Shown here: positions 52,462 through 63,205 of the stretch, piece after piece
How positions within the stretch are numbered: the first letter of the stretch is position 1
Layout: every line of letters starts with the position of its first letter
Assembly: GCA_966211575.1 (NCBI GenBank)
Contig: CBIHOK010000002.1
Coordinates: forward strand, 2,322-66,321
Length of the DNA stretch: 64,000 bases
Direction: 5' to 3'
Origin: an uncultured Noviherbaspirillum sp.
GTDB taxonomy: Bacteria > Pseudomonadota > Gammaproteobacteria > Burkholderiales > Burkholderiaceae_D
Notes under the pieces: model-generated
The model's input: only the letters and a program-made list of their open reading frames with translations
Database searches by the model: none
Told to the model about the DNA's origin: nothing
Made by a program: the position numbers and the translations under genes

Positions 52462-53664
52462 GTGAATCCGCTTCTCGACAAACTCCAGCCTTACCCTTTC
52501 GAAAAACTGCGCCTGCTATTCGCCGGCGTCACGCCGAATCCGGCCTTCAGCCCGATCAGTCTCGGCATCGGCGAACCGAAGCATCCGACGCCGGCGTTCA
52601 TCCGCCAGGCGCTGGCCGACAATCTGGACGGACTGGCCAGCTATCCGTCGACCGCCGGCTCGGATGCGCTGCGCGACGCGATCGCCGGCTGGCTGGAGCG
52701 GCGCTACGGCTTGCCGAAACTCGATGCGGCAAGCCAGATCCTGCCGGTGAACGGTTCCCGCGAGGCCTTGTTCGCGCTCGCGCAAACGGTCATCGACGGT
52801 GCGCCGAATGCGCTGGTCGCGTGCCCGAACCCGTTCTACCAGATCTACGAAGGCGCATCCTATCTTGCCGGCGCCGAACCCTACTTCATCAATTCCGACC
52901 CGGCGCGCAACTTCGCCCCCGATTTCGATGCGGTACCGCCAGCGGTGTGGGAACGCGTGCAGCTGCTCTACATCTGCTCCCCCGGCAACCCCACCGGCGC
53001 CGTGCTGACCCTGGACGACTGGAAACGATTATTTGCATTGTCCGACCGCTACGGCTTCGTGATCGCAGCCGACGAGTGCTATTCCGAAATCTACTTCCAG
53101 GATGTCGCGCCGCTCGGCGCACTGGAGGCGGCGCACAAGCTGGGCCGCGCCGGCTATCCGCGCCTGGTCGTGTTCTCGAGCCTGTCGAAGCGTTCCAACG
53201 TGCCCGGCATGCGCTCCGGCTTCGTCGCCGGCGACGCGGCGCTGATGAAGAAATTCCTGCTCTACCGTACCTACCATGGCGGCGCAATGAGCCCTCCGGT
53301 ACAGGCCGCGTCGATCGCCGCCTGGAACGACGAAACCCACGTTGCCGAGAACCGCGCGAAGTACGTTGCCAAATTCCGCCAGGTCACGCCGCTGCTGCAG
53401 CCGCTGCTGGACGTGCGACTGCCGGATGCCGGTTTCTACCTGTGGGCGAAGGTCGACAAGCACGCCGCCATCTCCGACGTGGAATTCGCGAAGCGCCTGT
53501 ACGCCGAATATAATGTGACGGTATTGCCCGGCAGCTATCTTGCGCGCGACGCGCACGGCGCCAACCCGGGCGCCAACCGCGTCCGCATGGCGCTGGTCGC
53601 CGAAGTGGAAGAATGCCTGGAGGCCGCGCGCCGCATCGTCGCCTTCGCCGAAAAGCTCTCCTGA
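52462..53664 (+). CDS. dapC: Succinyldiaminopimelate transaminase
   Basis: [50 protein letters not shown] (PLP Lys); directly upstream of dapD. Confidence 0.95.
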   Translation: MNPLLDKLQPYPFEKLRLLFAGVTPNPAFSPISLGIGEPKHPTPAFIRQALADNLDGLASYPSTAGSDALRDAIAGWLERRYGLPKLDAASQILPVNGSREALFALAQTVIDGAPNALVACPNPFYQIYEGASYLAGAEPYFINSDPARNFAPDFDAVPPAVWERVQLLYICSPGNPTGAVLTLDDWKRLFALSDRYGFVIAADECYSEIYFQDVAPLGALEAAHKLGRAGYPRLVVFSSLSKRSNVPGMRSGFVAGDAALMKKFLLYRTYHGGAMSPPVQAASIAAWNDETHVAENRAKYVAKFRQVTPLLQPLLDVRLPDAGFYLWAKVDKHAAISDVEFAKRLYAEYNVTVLPGSYLARDAHGANPGANRVRMALVAEVEECLEAARRIVAFAEKLS

Positions 53665-53690
53665 TTCACCAACCTGACTCTGATAAGCAA

Positions 53691-54530
53691 ATGACCCAGC
53701 AACTCCAACAGATCATCGACCAGGCATGGGAAGACCGTGCTAACTTCTCCCCGAAAGCCGCTCCCACCGAAGTACGCGACGCGGTGGCGCACGTGCTGGC
53801 ACAGCTCGATAGCGGCGAATTGCGCGTCGCGCAGAAGGAAGGCGGTAACTGGATGGTCAACCAGTGGGTCAAGAAGGCCGTGCTGCTGTCGTTCCGACTG
53901 GAAGACAATGCACCGATGCCGGCCGGTGCCGGCGGCGCGAACGCGATGCAGTTCTACGACAAGGTGCCGACCAAGTTCGCCAACTACAGCGCCGAGGACT
54001 TCGCCAAGGGTGGCTTCCGCGTGGTGCCGCCGGCGGTTGCACGGCGCGGCAGCTTCATCGCGAAGAACGTGGTGCTGATGCCCTCCTACGTGAACATCGG
54101 AGCCTATGTCGACGAAGGCACGATGGTCGATACCTGGGCCACCGTCGGCTCCTGCGCACAGATCGGCAAGAACGTGCACCTGTCGGGCGGCGTCGGCATC
54201 GGCGGCGTGCTGGAACCGATGCAGGCGAACCCGACCATCATCGAAGACAATTGCTTCATCGGCGCCCGTTCCGAGATCGTCGAAGGCGTGATCGTCGAGG
54301 AAAATTCGGTGATTTCGATGGGCGTATATATCGGCCAGTCGACCAAGATCTACGACCGGACGACCGGCGAAGTCAGCTACGGCCGCATTCCGGCCGGCTC
54401 GGTGGTGGTGTCGGGCAACCTGCCTTCGGCCGACGGCAAGTACAGCCTGTACTGCGCGGTGATCGTCAAGCGCGTCGATGCCAAGACGCGCGCCAAGACC
54501 GGCATCAACGAATTGCTGCGGGAAGCCTGA
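53691..54530 (+). CDS. dapD: Tetrahydrodipicolinate N-succinyltransferase
   Basis: [40 protein letters not shown]. Confidence 0.98.
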   Translation: MTQQLQQIIDQAWEDRANFSPKAAPTEVRDAVAHVLAQLDSGELRVAQKEGGNWMVNQWVKKAVLLSFRLEDNAPMPAGAGGANAMQFYDKVPTKFANYSAEDFAKGGFRVVPPAVARRGSFIAKNVVLMPSYVNIGAYVDEGTMVDTWATVGSCAQIGKNVHLSGGVGIGGVLEPMQANPTIIEDNCFIGARSEIVEGVIVEENSVISMGVYIGQSTKIYDRTTGEVSYGRIPAGSVVVSGNLPSADGKYSLYCAVIVKRVDAKTRAKTGINELLREA

Positions 54531-54561
54531 GCGAGCGGCACTTTCGACCGAGGAGAGCACG

Positions 54562-55695
54562 ATGGCGATGGACCGACTGTTCCAGTTGATGAAGGACAAG
54601 AACGCATCCGACCTGTTCATGTCGGTCGGATCGCCGATACACATCAAGATCAACGGCCATCTGCTTCCGATCAACCAGCAGAAAATGGATGGCGCGGCGA
54701 TCCGTTCTCTGCTGGGGGAAGTCGTCAGCGCCGCCCAGATACAGGAACTGGAGAGCCGGAACGAGCTCAACCTGGGCATCCCGGTAAGCGGACTCGGCAG
54801 CTTCCGGCTGTCGGCGTTCCGCCAGCGCGGCAGCCTGTCGGCGGTGTTCCGCTACATCCCGGGCAACATTCCGCGCCTGGCCGACCTCAACCTGCCCCCG
54901 GCGCTGGCCGAAATCGTGATGGAAAAGCGCGGACTGATCCTGGTGGTCGGCGCCACCGGATCCGGCAAGTCGACCACGATCGCAGCGATGCTCGACCATC
55001 GCAACGCGACCAAGACCGGGCATATCCTGACGCTGGAAGATCCGATCGAATTCCTGTTCACCAACAAGAAGTCGATCGTGAACCAGCGCGAAATCGGCAC
55101 CGATGCGGAGAATCTCCAGGTTGCATTAAGAAATGCGCTGCGGCAGGCGCCGGACTGCATCCTGATCGGCGAAATCCGCGACAAGGAAACCATGAGCGCC
55201 GCGCTCGCCTATGCGCAATCGGGCCACCTCGTGGTCGCCACGCTGCACGCGAACAACAGCTACCAGGCATTGACCCGCATCATCAACTTCTATCCGCTGG
55301 AGACCCGGCCGTCGCTGCTGCCCGACCTCGCGTCGACGATCAAGGCAGTCGTCTCGCAACGGCTGGTGCAGGCAATCGACGGCGGCCGGCGCGCGGCGGT
55401 GGAAGTCCTGCTCAACACCCGGCATATCGCCGAACTGATCGAGCAAGGCGAGATCAACATGGTCAAGGATGCGATCGAGAAAAGCATGTCGCCCGGCTCG
55501 CAGACCTTCGAGCAGGCGCTGATCCAGCTGATCCAGGACGGCGTTGTCGCGGAAAGCGAGGCGCTTGCAAACGCCGATTCGCCGACCAATCTCTACTGGC
55601 TGCTCAACAATGCGCAGGGCAAGCAGGTGCAGCCGGAACCCGAACAGAAGAAGGACGATGGCCCAACCTTCACCGAATTCACGCTCAACGTTTGA
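54562..55695 (+). CDS. PilT/PilU family type IV pilus retraction ATPase (PilU-like)
   Basis: ASDLF, Walker A GATGSGKST, Asp box TLEDPIE, Walker B LIGEIRD, His box GHLVVATLH; lacks the PilT AIRNLIRE motif. Confidence 0.92.
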   Translation: MAMDRLFQLMKDKNASDLFMSVGSPIHIKINGHLLPINQQKMDGAAIRSLLGEVVSAAQIQELESRNELNLGIPVSGLGSFRLSAFRQRGSLSAVFRYIPGNIPRLADLNLPPALAEIVMEKRGLILVVGATGSGKSTTIAAMLDHRNATKTGHILTLEDPIEFLFTNKKSIVNQREIGTDAENLQVALRNALRQAPDCILIGEIRDKETMSAALAYAQSGHLVVATLHANNSYQALTRIINFYPLETRPSLLPDLASTIKAVVSQRLVQAIDGGRRAAVEVLLNTRHIAELIEQGEINMVKDAIEKSMSPGSQTFEQALIQLIQDGVVAESEALANADSPTNLYWLLNNAQGKQVQPEPEQKKDDGPTFTEFTLNV

Positions 55696-55698
55696 CCC

Positions 55699-56052
55699 AT
55701 GGCAGCCATTCTCTACGGCATCACCAATTGCGACACCGTGAAAAAGGCGCGCACCTGGCTGGATAGCCGGCACATTGCGTACACTTTCCACGACTTCAAG
55801 AAAGCCGGCCTTGATCGGGAAACGATCGCTGCCTGGCTGCGGCACACCGACTGGGAAAGCCTGGTCAACCGCAAGGGAACCACCTGGCGCGGACTGGACG
55901 ACGCACGCAAGACCGCCATTGTCGATGCGCACAGCGCGACCGAATTGATGCTGGAATCGCCGTCGGTCATCAAACGCCCGGTGCTGGTGCTCGACAGCGG
56001 CACCCATGTCGGATTTTCCGCAGACCGCTACCAACAACTGTTCAAAGAATAA
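55699..56052 (+). CDS. yffB: ArsC/Spx family protein YffB
   Basis: LYGITNCDTVKKARTWL, NRKGTTWR, IKRPVL; directly upstream of dapE as in E. coli. Confidence 0.9.
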   Translation: MAAILYGITNCDTVKKARTWLDSRHIAYTFHDFKKAGLDRETIAAWLRHTDWESLVNRKGTTWRGLDDARKTAIVDAHSATELMLESPSVIKRPVLVLDSGTHVGFSADRYQQLFKE

Positions 56053-56055
56053 ACC

Positions 56056-57189
56056 ATGAGCAAAACGCTTGCGCTCACCGAAGAATTGATCGCACTGTCC
56101 TCGGTGACGCCGGATGACAAGGGTTGCCAGCAGCGCTTGATCGAATTGCTGGCGCCGCTCGGCTTCCATTGCGAAACGATCCGCTCCGGCGACGTCACCA
56201 ACCTGTGGGCGCGGCGCGGCAGCGCCGCCCCGCTGGTCGTTTTTGGCGGCCCAAACGACGTGGTGCCGACCGGGCCGCTCGATCAATTGCATTACGATCC
56301 ATTCGTGCCGACCCGGCGCGGCGACCGGCTGTACGGACGCGGCGCGGCCGATATGAAAACCTCGCTGGCGGCGATGGTGGTGGCGGTGGAGGAATTTACA
56401 GCGGCCCACCCCGCGCATCCGGGCTCGATCGGCTTCCTGCTGACCAGCGACGAGGAAGGCGCGGCAACCGACGGCACCGTGGTGGTCTGCAACCAATTGA
56501 AGGAACGCGGCGAACAGCTCGACTATTGCATCGTCGGCGAGCCGACTTCGAACGACCAGCTGGGCGACATGATCAAGAACGGCCGCCGCGGCTCGATGTC
56601 CGGACGCCTGACGGTGAAAGGCGTGCAGGGCCATATCGCGTATCCGCAACTGGCGAAGAACCCGATTCACCTGGCCGCGCCGGCGCTGGCCGCGCTGGTC
56701 GCCGAGAAATGGGACGACGGCAACGAGTATTACCTGCCGACCTCCTGGCAGATCTCCAACATCCATGGCGGCACCGGCGCATCGAACGTGATCCCGGGCG
56801 AGGCGGTCATCGATTTCAACTTCCGTTTTTCCACCGCCAGCACGGTGGAAAGCCTGCAGCAGCGGGTGCATGCGATCCTGAACCACTACGATTTCGAATA
56901 CGAACTCAAGTGGACCGTAAGCGGCCTGCCGTTCCTGACGCCGCGCGGCAAGTTGAGCGACGCGCTCACCGGCGCGATCAAGACGGAGACCGGACTCGAC
57001 GCCGACCTGTCGACCACCGGCGGCACATCGGACGGACGTTTCATCGCGCGCATCTGCCCGCAGGTCATCGAATTCGGTCCTCCCAACGGCAGCATCCACA
57101 AGATCGACGAACACATCGAAATCCGCTTCATCGACCCACTCAAAAATATCTACCGGCGCACGCTGGAAAACCTGTTGCTGGAATCCTGA
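56056..57189 (+). CDS. dapE: Succinyl-diaminopimelate desuccinylase; first Zn ligand appears altered
   Basis: [41 protein letters not shown] are present, but AGHTD reads GGPND. Confidence 0.93.
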   Translation: MSKTLALTEELIALSSVTPDDKGCQQRLIELLAPLGFHCETIRSGDVTNLWARRGSAAPLVVFGGPNDVVPTGPLDQLHYDPFVPTRRGDRLYGRGAADMKTSLAAMVVAVEEFTAAHPAHPGSIGFLLTSDEEGAATDGTVVVCNQLKERGEQLDYCIVGEPTSNDQLGDMIKNGRRGSMSGRLTVKGVQGHIAYPQLAKNPIHLAAPALAALVAEKWDDGNEYYLPTSWQISNIHGGTGASNVIPGEAVIDFNFRFSTASTVESLQQRVHAILNHYDFEYELKWTVSGLPFLTPRGKLSDALTGAIKTETGLDADLSTTGGTSDGRFIARICPQVIEFGPPNGSIHKIDEHIEIRFIDPLKNIYRRTLENLLLES

Positions 57190-58079
57190 TGCCCGCCGCT
57201 CACTTTCGCACCCTGCGCGACCTGCTGCGCCACGCGGTCACCCGCTTCAACACGGCCGGCGTATTCTTCGGCCACGGCAGCAGCAATGCGTTCGACGAAG
57301 CCGCCTACCTGATCCTGCATGCATTGAAATTGCCGCTCGACCAGCTCGATCCTTTCCTGGACGCCCGCCTGCTGCCGCAGGAAATCGCCACGCTGCTGGA
57401 TCTGATCGAACGGCGCGCCGGGCAAAGACTGCCGGCCGCCTACCTGACCAACGAAGCCTGGCTCGGCGAATACCGTTTCTACGTCGATCAGCGCGTCATC
57501 GTGCCGCGCTCGTTCATCGCGGAACTGATCCCCGAGCAGTTCGCTCCCTGGGTAGCGGATCCGGACGCGGTGGAAAATGTTCTCGAACTCTGCACCGGAT
57601 CCGGCTGCCTGGCGATCATGCTGGCGGATGCATTTCCGCATGCGCATGTCGATGCGGTCGATATTTCGGCCGATGCGCTCGCGGTCGCACGGCGCAACGT
57701 CGACGAATACGGATTGCAGGAACGCATCGACCTGGTCGAATCCGATCTCTACCGGGAACTGCCGGCGCGCCGCTACGACCTGATCGTCACCAACCCGCCC
57801 TACGTCAACGCCGGTTCGATGGAACGGCTGCCGCCGGAATACCGGCACGAACCGCAGCTCGCGCTGGCGGGCGGCGCAGACGGCATGGACCTGGTGCGGA
57901 AGATCGTCTCCGGCGCGGCCAAGCGCCTCACCGAAGACGGCGTGCTGGTGGTCGAGATCGGCAACGAGCGGGCATTCGCGGAAGCCGCATTCGCCGATCT
58001 TGAACTGACCTGGCTGTCGACCAGCGCCGGCGACGACGCGGTATTCCTGCTGACCGCCGACCAGTTGCGGCAACAATGA
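57189..58079 (+). CDS. prmB: Ribosomal protein uL3 glutamine N5-methyltransferase
   Basis: [45 protein letters not shown]. Confidence 0.96.
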   Translation: MPAAHFRTLRDLLRHAVTRFNTAGVFFGHGSSNAFDEAAYLILHALKLPLDQLDPFLDARLLPQEIATLLDLIERRAGQRLPAAYLTNEAWLGEYRFYVDQRVIVPRSFIAELIPEQFAPWVADPDAVENVLELCTGSGCLAIMLADAFPHAHVDAVDISADALAVARRNVDEYGLQERIDLVESDLYRELPARRYDLIVTNPPYVNAGSMERLPPEYRHEPQLALAGGADGMDLVRKIVSGAAKRLTEDGVLVVEIGNERAFAEAAFADLELTWLSTSAGDDAVFLLTADQLRQQ

Positions 58080-60046
58080 TCCGTTTCCAGCATGTCGACC
58101 TGGTGCGCGGCGTCAAGCCCCTGTTCGAGGATGCCGACGCCACGCTGAACCCGGGCGAGCGTATCGGCCTGATCGGCGCCAACGGCGCAGGCAAATCCAG
58201 CCTGTTTGCGCTGCTGCGCGGCGAACTGCACGCCGACCAGGGCGCGGTCGATTTCCCGGCGAAATGGCAAATGGCCTATGTCGCGCAGGAGACGCCCGCG
58301 CTGGATCGGCCCGCGCTCGAATATGCGATCGACGGCGATACCCGTCTGCGCGCGCTGGAAAGCGCGTTGGCAGCGCTGGAAGCCGCGCCGCACGAGACCG
58401 ACGGCACCCGCATCGCGGAACTGCACGCGGCGCTGGCCGACGCCGACGCCTACACCGTGCGTTCGCGCGCCGAACAACTGTTGACCGGCCTCGGCTTTTC
58501 GGCGGAGCAGATGGCGCAGCCGGTCGCCAGCTTTTCCGGCGGCTGGCGCATGCGCCTGAACCTGGCGCAGGCGCTGATGTGCCCGTCCGATCTGCTGCTG
58601 CTCGACGAACCGACCAACCACCTCGATCTCGACGCGATCATCTGGCTCGAGGACTGGCTCAAGCGCTATCCCGGCACGCTGATCATCATTTCCCACGACC
58701 GCGACTTCCTCGACGGCGTGGTGAACGTGATCCTGCATATCGACGAACGCAAGCTGAAGCGGTATTCGGGGAATTATTCGGCGTTCGAACGCCAGCGCGC
58801 GGCGCAGATGGCGCTGAGCCAGGCGGCATTCGAGAAGCAGGCGCGCCAGCGGGCGCATTTGCAATCCTTCATCGACCGCTTCAAGGCCAAGGCCACCAAG
58901 GCGCGCCAGGCCCAAAGCCGGATGAAGATGCTGGCGAAGATGGAAGAGCTGGCGCCGTTGCGCGCCGCCGCGGAATTCTCTTTCGAATTCCGCGAACCCT
59001 TGAGCACGCCAAATCCGCTGCTGGTGATGGAAAAAGTGACGGCCGGCTATCGCATCGATGCCCAGAACGGGCACCCGGCATCGGAAAAGCCGATAGTCTC
59101 CGGCATCGATTTTTCATTGCAGGCCGGGCAGCGCATCGGCTTGCTGGGAGTCAACGGCGCCGGCAAGTCGACGCTGGTGAAAACCATCGCCGGGGACCTG
59201 CCCGCGCTGCACGGCGACGCGCGCCTCGGCAAAGGCCTGGTGATCGGCTATTTCGCGCAGCACCAGGTCGAGATGCTGCGCCACGACGAATCGCCATTGT
59301 GGCATCTCGCGCATATCGCGCCGAACGCCCGCGAGCAGGAGTTGCGGAATTTTCTCGGCAGTTTCAATTTCGGCGGCGACATGGTGACCAGCAGCATCGC
59401 CCCTTTTTCCGGCGGCGAAAAGGCGCGCCTGGCGCTGGCGCTGATCGTCTGGCAGCGTCCCAACCTGCTGTTGCTCGATGAACCGACCAACCATCTCGAC
59501 CTGGAAACCCGGGAAGCGCTGACGATGGCGCTCGCGCAGTTCGAGGGCACGCTGCTGCTAGTGTCGCACGACCGCCACCTGCTGCGCGCGACCACCGACC
59601 AGTTCATGATCGTTGCCGACCACAAGCTGCAGCCGTTCGATGGCGATCTCGACGATTACCGCGACTGGCTGTTCAAGACCAAGCTCGGCAAGAACGAACC
59701 AGCACCGGAAAAGGTCGATACCAGGCAGCCCGCGGAAACAGCACCGCGCGAAGACCGGCAGGAAAGGCGCCGTCTCGAGGCAGAAGAGCGGCAGCGCCTG
59801 TCAACGCTGAAGAAGCCGATAGAAGCGCGCATCAAGCGCCTCGATGAGCAGTTGGCCAAGCTCGGCGCCCGCAAGAGCGAGGTCGACGCCCGCCTGGCTG
59901 ATCCGGCGATCTACGAAGAAACGCGCAAGGAAGAACTGAAGGCACTGATCCTGGACCAGGCATGGCTCGCCCGCGAGCTGGAACAGCTGGAAACCGAATG
60001 GCTGGAACAGCACGAATCGCTGGAACAGCTGCTGAATGCGACGTAA
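58076..60046 (+). CDS. yheS: ABC-F family ATPase (ribosome-associated)
   Basis: N-terminus resembles YheS ([17 protein letters not shown]...QETPA...ALEYAIDGD); two ABC domains, C-terminal coiled-coil tail, no TM segments. Confidence 0.88.
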   Translation: MIRFQHVDLVRGVKPLFEDADATLNPGERIGLIGANGAGKSSLFALLRGELHADQGAVDFPAKWQMAYVAQETPALDRPALEYAIDGDTRLRALESALAALEAAPHETDGTRIAELHAALADADAYTVRSRAEQLLTGLGFSAEQMAQPVASFSGGWRMRLNLAQALMCPSDLLLLDEPTNHLDLDAIIWLEDWLKRYPGTLIIISHDRDFLDGVVNVILHIDERKLKRYSGNYSAFERQRAAQMALSQAAFEKQARQRAHLQSFIDRFKAKATKARQAQSRMKMLAKMEELAPLRAAAEFSFEFREPLSTPNPLLVMEKVTAGYRIDAQNGHPASEKPIVSGIDFSLQAGQRIGLLGVNGAGKSTLVKTIAGDLPALHGDARLGKGLVIGYFAQHQVEMLRHDESPLWHLAHIAPNAREQELRNFLGSFNFGGDMVTSSIAPFSGGEKARLALALIVWQRPNLLLLDEPTNHLDLETREALTMALAQFEGTLLLVSHDRHLLRATTDQFMIVADHKLQPFDGDLDDYRDWLFKTKLGKNEPAPEKVDTRQPAETAPREDRQERRRLEAEERQRLSTLKKPIEARIKRLDEQLAKLGARKSEVDARLADPAIYEETRKEELKALILDQAWLARELEQLETEWLEQHESLEQLLNAT

Positions 60047-60070
60047 CAGGCAACAGCAAGGAATACACGG

Positions 60071-61159
60071 ATGACCGATCAAGCTGGCAAACCGTTGCGC
60101 GGCATTCGCGTGCTGGACCTGACCCGGTTGCTGCCGGGGCCGGTTGCCACGATGCACCTCGCCGACATGGGCGCGCAAGTGATCAAGATCGAAGACCCGG
60201 ACGTTGGCGATTACGCGCGCAGCATGGGACCGGTGCGAAATGAGGTTTCGCAGTTCTTTGTCGCGGTCAACCGCGGCAAGGACATGCTGAAGCTCGACCT
60301 GAAACAGCCGGATCAGCTCGCCAGATTCCTGCAGATGGTGGAGACGGCGGACGTGGTGGTGGAAAGCTTCCGCCCCGGCGTGATGCAAAAACTCGGCCTC
60401 GGCTGGGAGGCGCTGAAGCAGCGCAATCCGAAACTGGTGATGTGCGCAATATCCGGCTATGGCCAGGATGGGCCGTTCGCGCACCTGGCCGGCCACGATA
60501 TCAACTACGTCGGACTGGCCGGCATGCTGGAACAGAATGTCGGCCCCGAGCGCGTGCCGGCCTTGCCGAACCTCCAAGTTGGCGATCTGCTGGGCGGCGC
60601 ACAAAGCGCGGTGCAAGGCATCCTGGCTGCATTGCTCGGCGTCCGCAACGATGGCCGCGGCCGTTTCGTCGACATATCGATGACCGACTCGGTGTTCGCC
60701 CACAACATCATGCCGCTGGTGGCCGTCAATAACTTCGGCCGCAGCGCGCCGCCCGGCGCCGACCTGCTGACCGGCGGCGTGCCCTGCTACAACGTCTACC
60801 GCACCCGCGACGATCGCTTCATCGCAGTCGGGGCACTGGAACTGAAATTCTGGCAGAAATGCTGCGACTTGCTGGAACGCCCCGACCTGAAGTGTCGCCA
60901 CTGGAGCCTGGGCCGGGAAATCGGCGGTGCCGACGCGCAGGCAGTGAAGGCGGAGCTGGACATGATATTCGCCAGCCGCAGCATGCAGGAATGGAGCATG
61001 CTTTTTGCAGACGCCGATTGCTGCGTGACGCCGGTACTGCGCGCGGACGAAGCGCTGGTCCATCCGCTGTTTGCCGCGCGGCAAATGGTGGAGCGCGCGG
61101 AGCATCCCACCGAAGGCATCTACTGGACGGTGGGGCCGGCAGTAAAATTCCGCGACTGA
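60071..61159 (+). CDS. CaiB/BaiF class III CoA-transferase (AMACR-like)
   Basis: RVLDLTRLLPGP, LADMGAQVIKIE, NRGK, SFRPGVM, GHDINY, GDLLGG (catalytic Asp). Confidence 0.93.
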   Translation: MTDQAGKPLRGIRVLDLTRLLPGPVATMHLADMGAQVIKIEDPDVGDYARSMGPVRNEVSQFFVAVNRGKDMLKLDLKQPDQLARFLQMVETADVVVESFRPGVMQKLGLGWEALKQRNPKLVMCAISGYGQDGPFAHLAGHDINYVGLAGMLEQNVGPERVPALPNLQVGDLLGGAQSAVQGILAALLGVRNDGRGRFVDISMTDSVFAHNIMPLVAVNNFGRSAPPGADLLTGGVPCYNVYRTRDDRFIAVGALELKFWQKCCDLLERPDLKCRHWSLGREIGGADAQAVKAELDMIFASRSMQEWSMLFADADCCVTPVLRADEALVHPLFAARQMVERAEHPTEGIYWTVGPAVKFRD

Positions 61160-61199
61160 CCACAGTTGTCCCTACCGGAAACTGCTAGAGAGACCGGCC

Positions 61200-61775
61200 A
61201 TGACACAACGCTCGTTTCCCCAGCTGCGCACCGCGCGCTTGCATCTCCGCGAATTGCAGCCGACCGACGCGCCGGCGCTGTTCGCGATTCATTCCGATGT
61301 CGAATGGATGCGCTGGTACGGGGTCGCTCCGCTGACCGATCTGGCCGAAGCCGAACAGCTGACCTCGCTGTTTGCCGGCTGGTTCAGCGCCGGCACCGGT
61401 TTCCGCTGGGGACTGGAGCGGCGTCAGGATAAGCGCCTGATCGGCAGCTGCGGCCTGTTTCGCTGGAACAGGAGCTGGCACAATTGCGTGATCGGCTACG
61501 AGATCGCGCGCGACTGTCACGGCCAGGGCTATATGCGGGAAGCGCTGGCGGCAATCCTCGACTATGGCTTCGACACAATGCGCCTGCACCGGGTGCAGGC
61601 CGAAACCCATCCGGCCAATGAAGCGTCGATCGGCCTGGCGACCCGGCTGGGTTTTCGCTTCGAAGGCGTGCACCGCGAGCAAGCCTACTGGGCCCACGGC
61701 TTTCACGACTTGAATTGCTATTCGCTACTGGAACACGAATGGCGTGTGCAGCGCCGACAGCGAAACCCGAAATGA
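61200..61775 (+). CDS. GNAT N-acetyltransferase, RimJ/RimL-like
   Basis: TARLHLREL, IGYE, HGQGYMREAL, NEASIGLATRLGFRFEG. Confidence 0.9.
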   Translation: MTQRSFPQLRTARLHLRELQPTDAPALFAIHSDVEWMRWYGVAPLTDLAEAEQLTSLFAGWFSAGTGFRWGLERRQDKRLIGSCGLFRWNRSWHNCVIGYEIARDCHGQGYMREALAAILDYGFDTMRLHRVQAETHPANEASIGLATRLGFRFEGVHREQAYWAHGFHDLNCYSLLEHEWRVQRRQRNPK

Positions 61776-62602
61776 AACAGACCCTGAACATCGTCGGATG
61801 CGGCAAGGTGGCCCGGGTGCTGGCGCGGCTCTGGCACGAAAGCGGCATCCTGGCGATCCAGGACATCGTGAACCGATCGGCGGCCAGTGCGCAACAGGCA
61901 AGCGCCTTCATCGGCGCCGGGCATGCGCTGGAGGCGCTCGCCCGGATGCGCGCCGCCGGCATCTACCTGATCGGCACGCCCGACGACAGCATCGCTCCAC
62001 TCTGCGCGGCATTGGCACAGACCGGCAAACTGACGCCGGAAAGCATCGTGTTCCATTGCAGCGGCGCGCTCGATTCTTCCGCGCTGGATGCCGCGGCCGC
62101 CAGCGGCGCCGCCTTGGCCAGCGTCCACCCGGTCCGCAGCTTCGCGCTGCCCGCACAAGTGGCGGCGGATTTCGGCGGCACCTGCTGCGGCATCGAAGGC
62201 GATCCGCGGGCGCTCGCGATATTGGGCGAGTTGTTCGCGGCCATCGGCGCGCGCCTGATTCCGATACGGCGGGACGCGAAAGTGCTTTACCACGCGGCGG
62301 CGGTACTCGCTTCCAACTATCTGGTGACCTTGCTTGACAGCGCGTTCCAGGCCTACGCTGCGGCCGGCATTGAAGAAGATGCGGCACGCGAGCTGCTGGC
62401 GCCGCTGGCGCACGAAACCGTCGAAAATGTGTTGCGGGTTGGGGCGGCCGCGGCACTGACCGGCCCTATCAAACGCGGGGATCTACAGACAGTGCAACGG
62501 CAACAGCACGCTTTGAGCATATGGAGCCCGCGCCACGGCGATCTTTACGCAGTATTCACAGATCTGACGCTGGAACTGGCAAAACGCGGAAAACAAGCTT
62601 GA
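61772..62602 (+). CDS. Rossmann-like/DUF2520 oxidoreductase (PanG-like)
   Basis: IVGCGKV, TPDDSI, VFHCSGA, SVHPVRSF, YHAAAVLASNYL, LTGPIKRGD. Confidence 0.9.
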   Translation: MKQTLNIVGCGKVARVLARLWHESGILAIQDIVNRSAASAQQASAFIGAGHALEALARMRAAGIYLIGTPDDSIAPLCAALAQTGKLTPESIVFHCSGALDSSALDAAAASGAALASVHPVRSFALPAQVAADFGGTCCGIEGDPRALAILGELFAAIGARLIPIRRDAKVLYHAAAVLASNYLVTLLDSAFQAYAAAGIEEDAARELLAPLAHETVENVLRVGAAAALTGPIKRGDLQTVQRQQHALSIWSPRHGDLYAVFTDLTLELAKRGKQA

Positions 62603-62638
62603 ACGAAAGCAGGACTGCGTACCCGATTCGCTCACCGC

Positions 62639-62992
62639 TTATTGCGAAGGCTGGTAGATATCATGGCCGGCTTCATCGATCTGGCGACGCAGCATGCGGC
62701 GCTCTTCGTCCGTCATCCTGGTCACGCTTCCCGTGCGGATACTGCTGTTGTCCGCCTGGGTGTCATAGGCCGGCAGCGCGAAACCGTGCGGGCGCACCGC
62801 TTCCGGTTGCCTGGTTTGCACTTCGCGTCCGGGCGGAGCGACTTCCATTGCCGCTCCCCGCATGTAGGAAACCGGGGCCGCGGGAGTACCGGCAGAAGCG
62901 GCGCGCCGCCCATTGCCCGGCTGCCCGAAAGCGGCGCTGCTGGCTCCGAGGACCAGCGCGGCGATGACGAGATATTCAATCCGCATGTGCAT
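62639..62992 (-). CDS. Small exported hypothetical protein
   Basis: Signal-peptide-like N-terminus (LVIAALVLGASSAAFG), A/P-rich linker, C-terminal RMTDEERRMLRRQIDEAG helix; divergent from ompR. Confidence 0.72.
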   Translation of the reverse strand: MHMRIEYLVIAALVLGASSAAFGQPGNGRRAASAGTPAAPVSYMRGAAMEVAPPGREVQTRQPEAVRPHGFALPAYDTQADNSSIRTGSVTRMTDEERRMLRRQIDEAGHDIYQPSQ

Positions 62993-63170
62993 GAGAATGA
63001 AAAGTAAAACGGAACAGGTTCAATCTGCCGGACCGGGTTGCCGACCGGGTTGCGATATGCGCCGATTACCGGGTAAGCTTGCGTGATCCCCAGTGTATGA
63101 TGGCGCCTTCGGAGCGATAACCTGAATTGGGTAAAGGTTGTAACACTTTGTAATGGTTTTAGCTGCAGAT

Positions 63171-63199
63171 ATGAAACAAAAGTGTTCTGACGTTACCAT
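63171..63199 (+). promoter_or_regulatory. Sigma70 promoter candidate for ompR
   Basis: ATGAAA-N17-TACCAT, ending 6 nt before the ATG. Confidence 0.5.
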
Positions 63200-63205
63200 A
63201 CTGCC

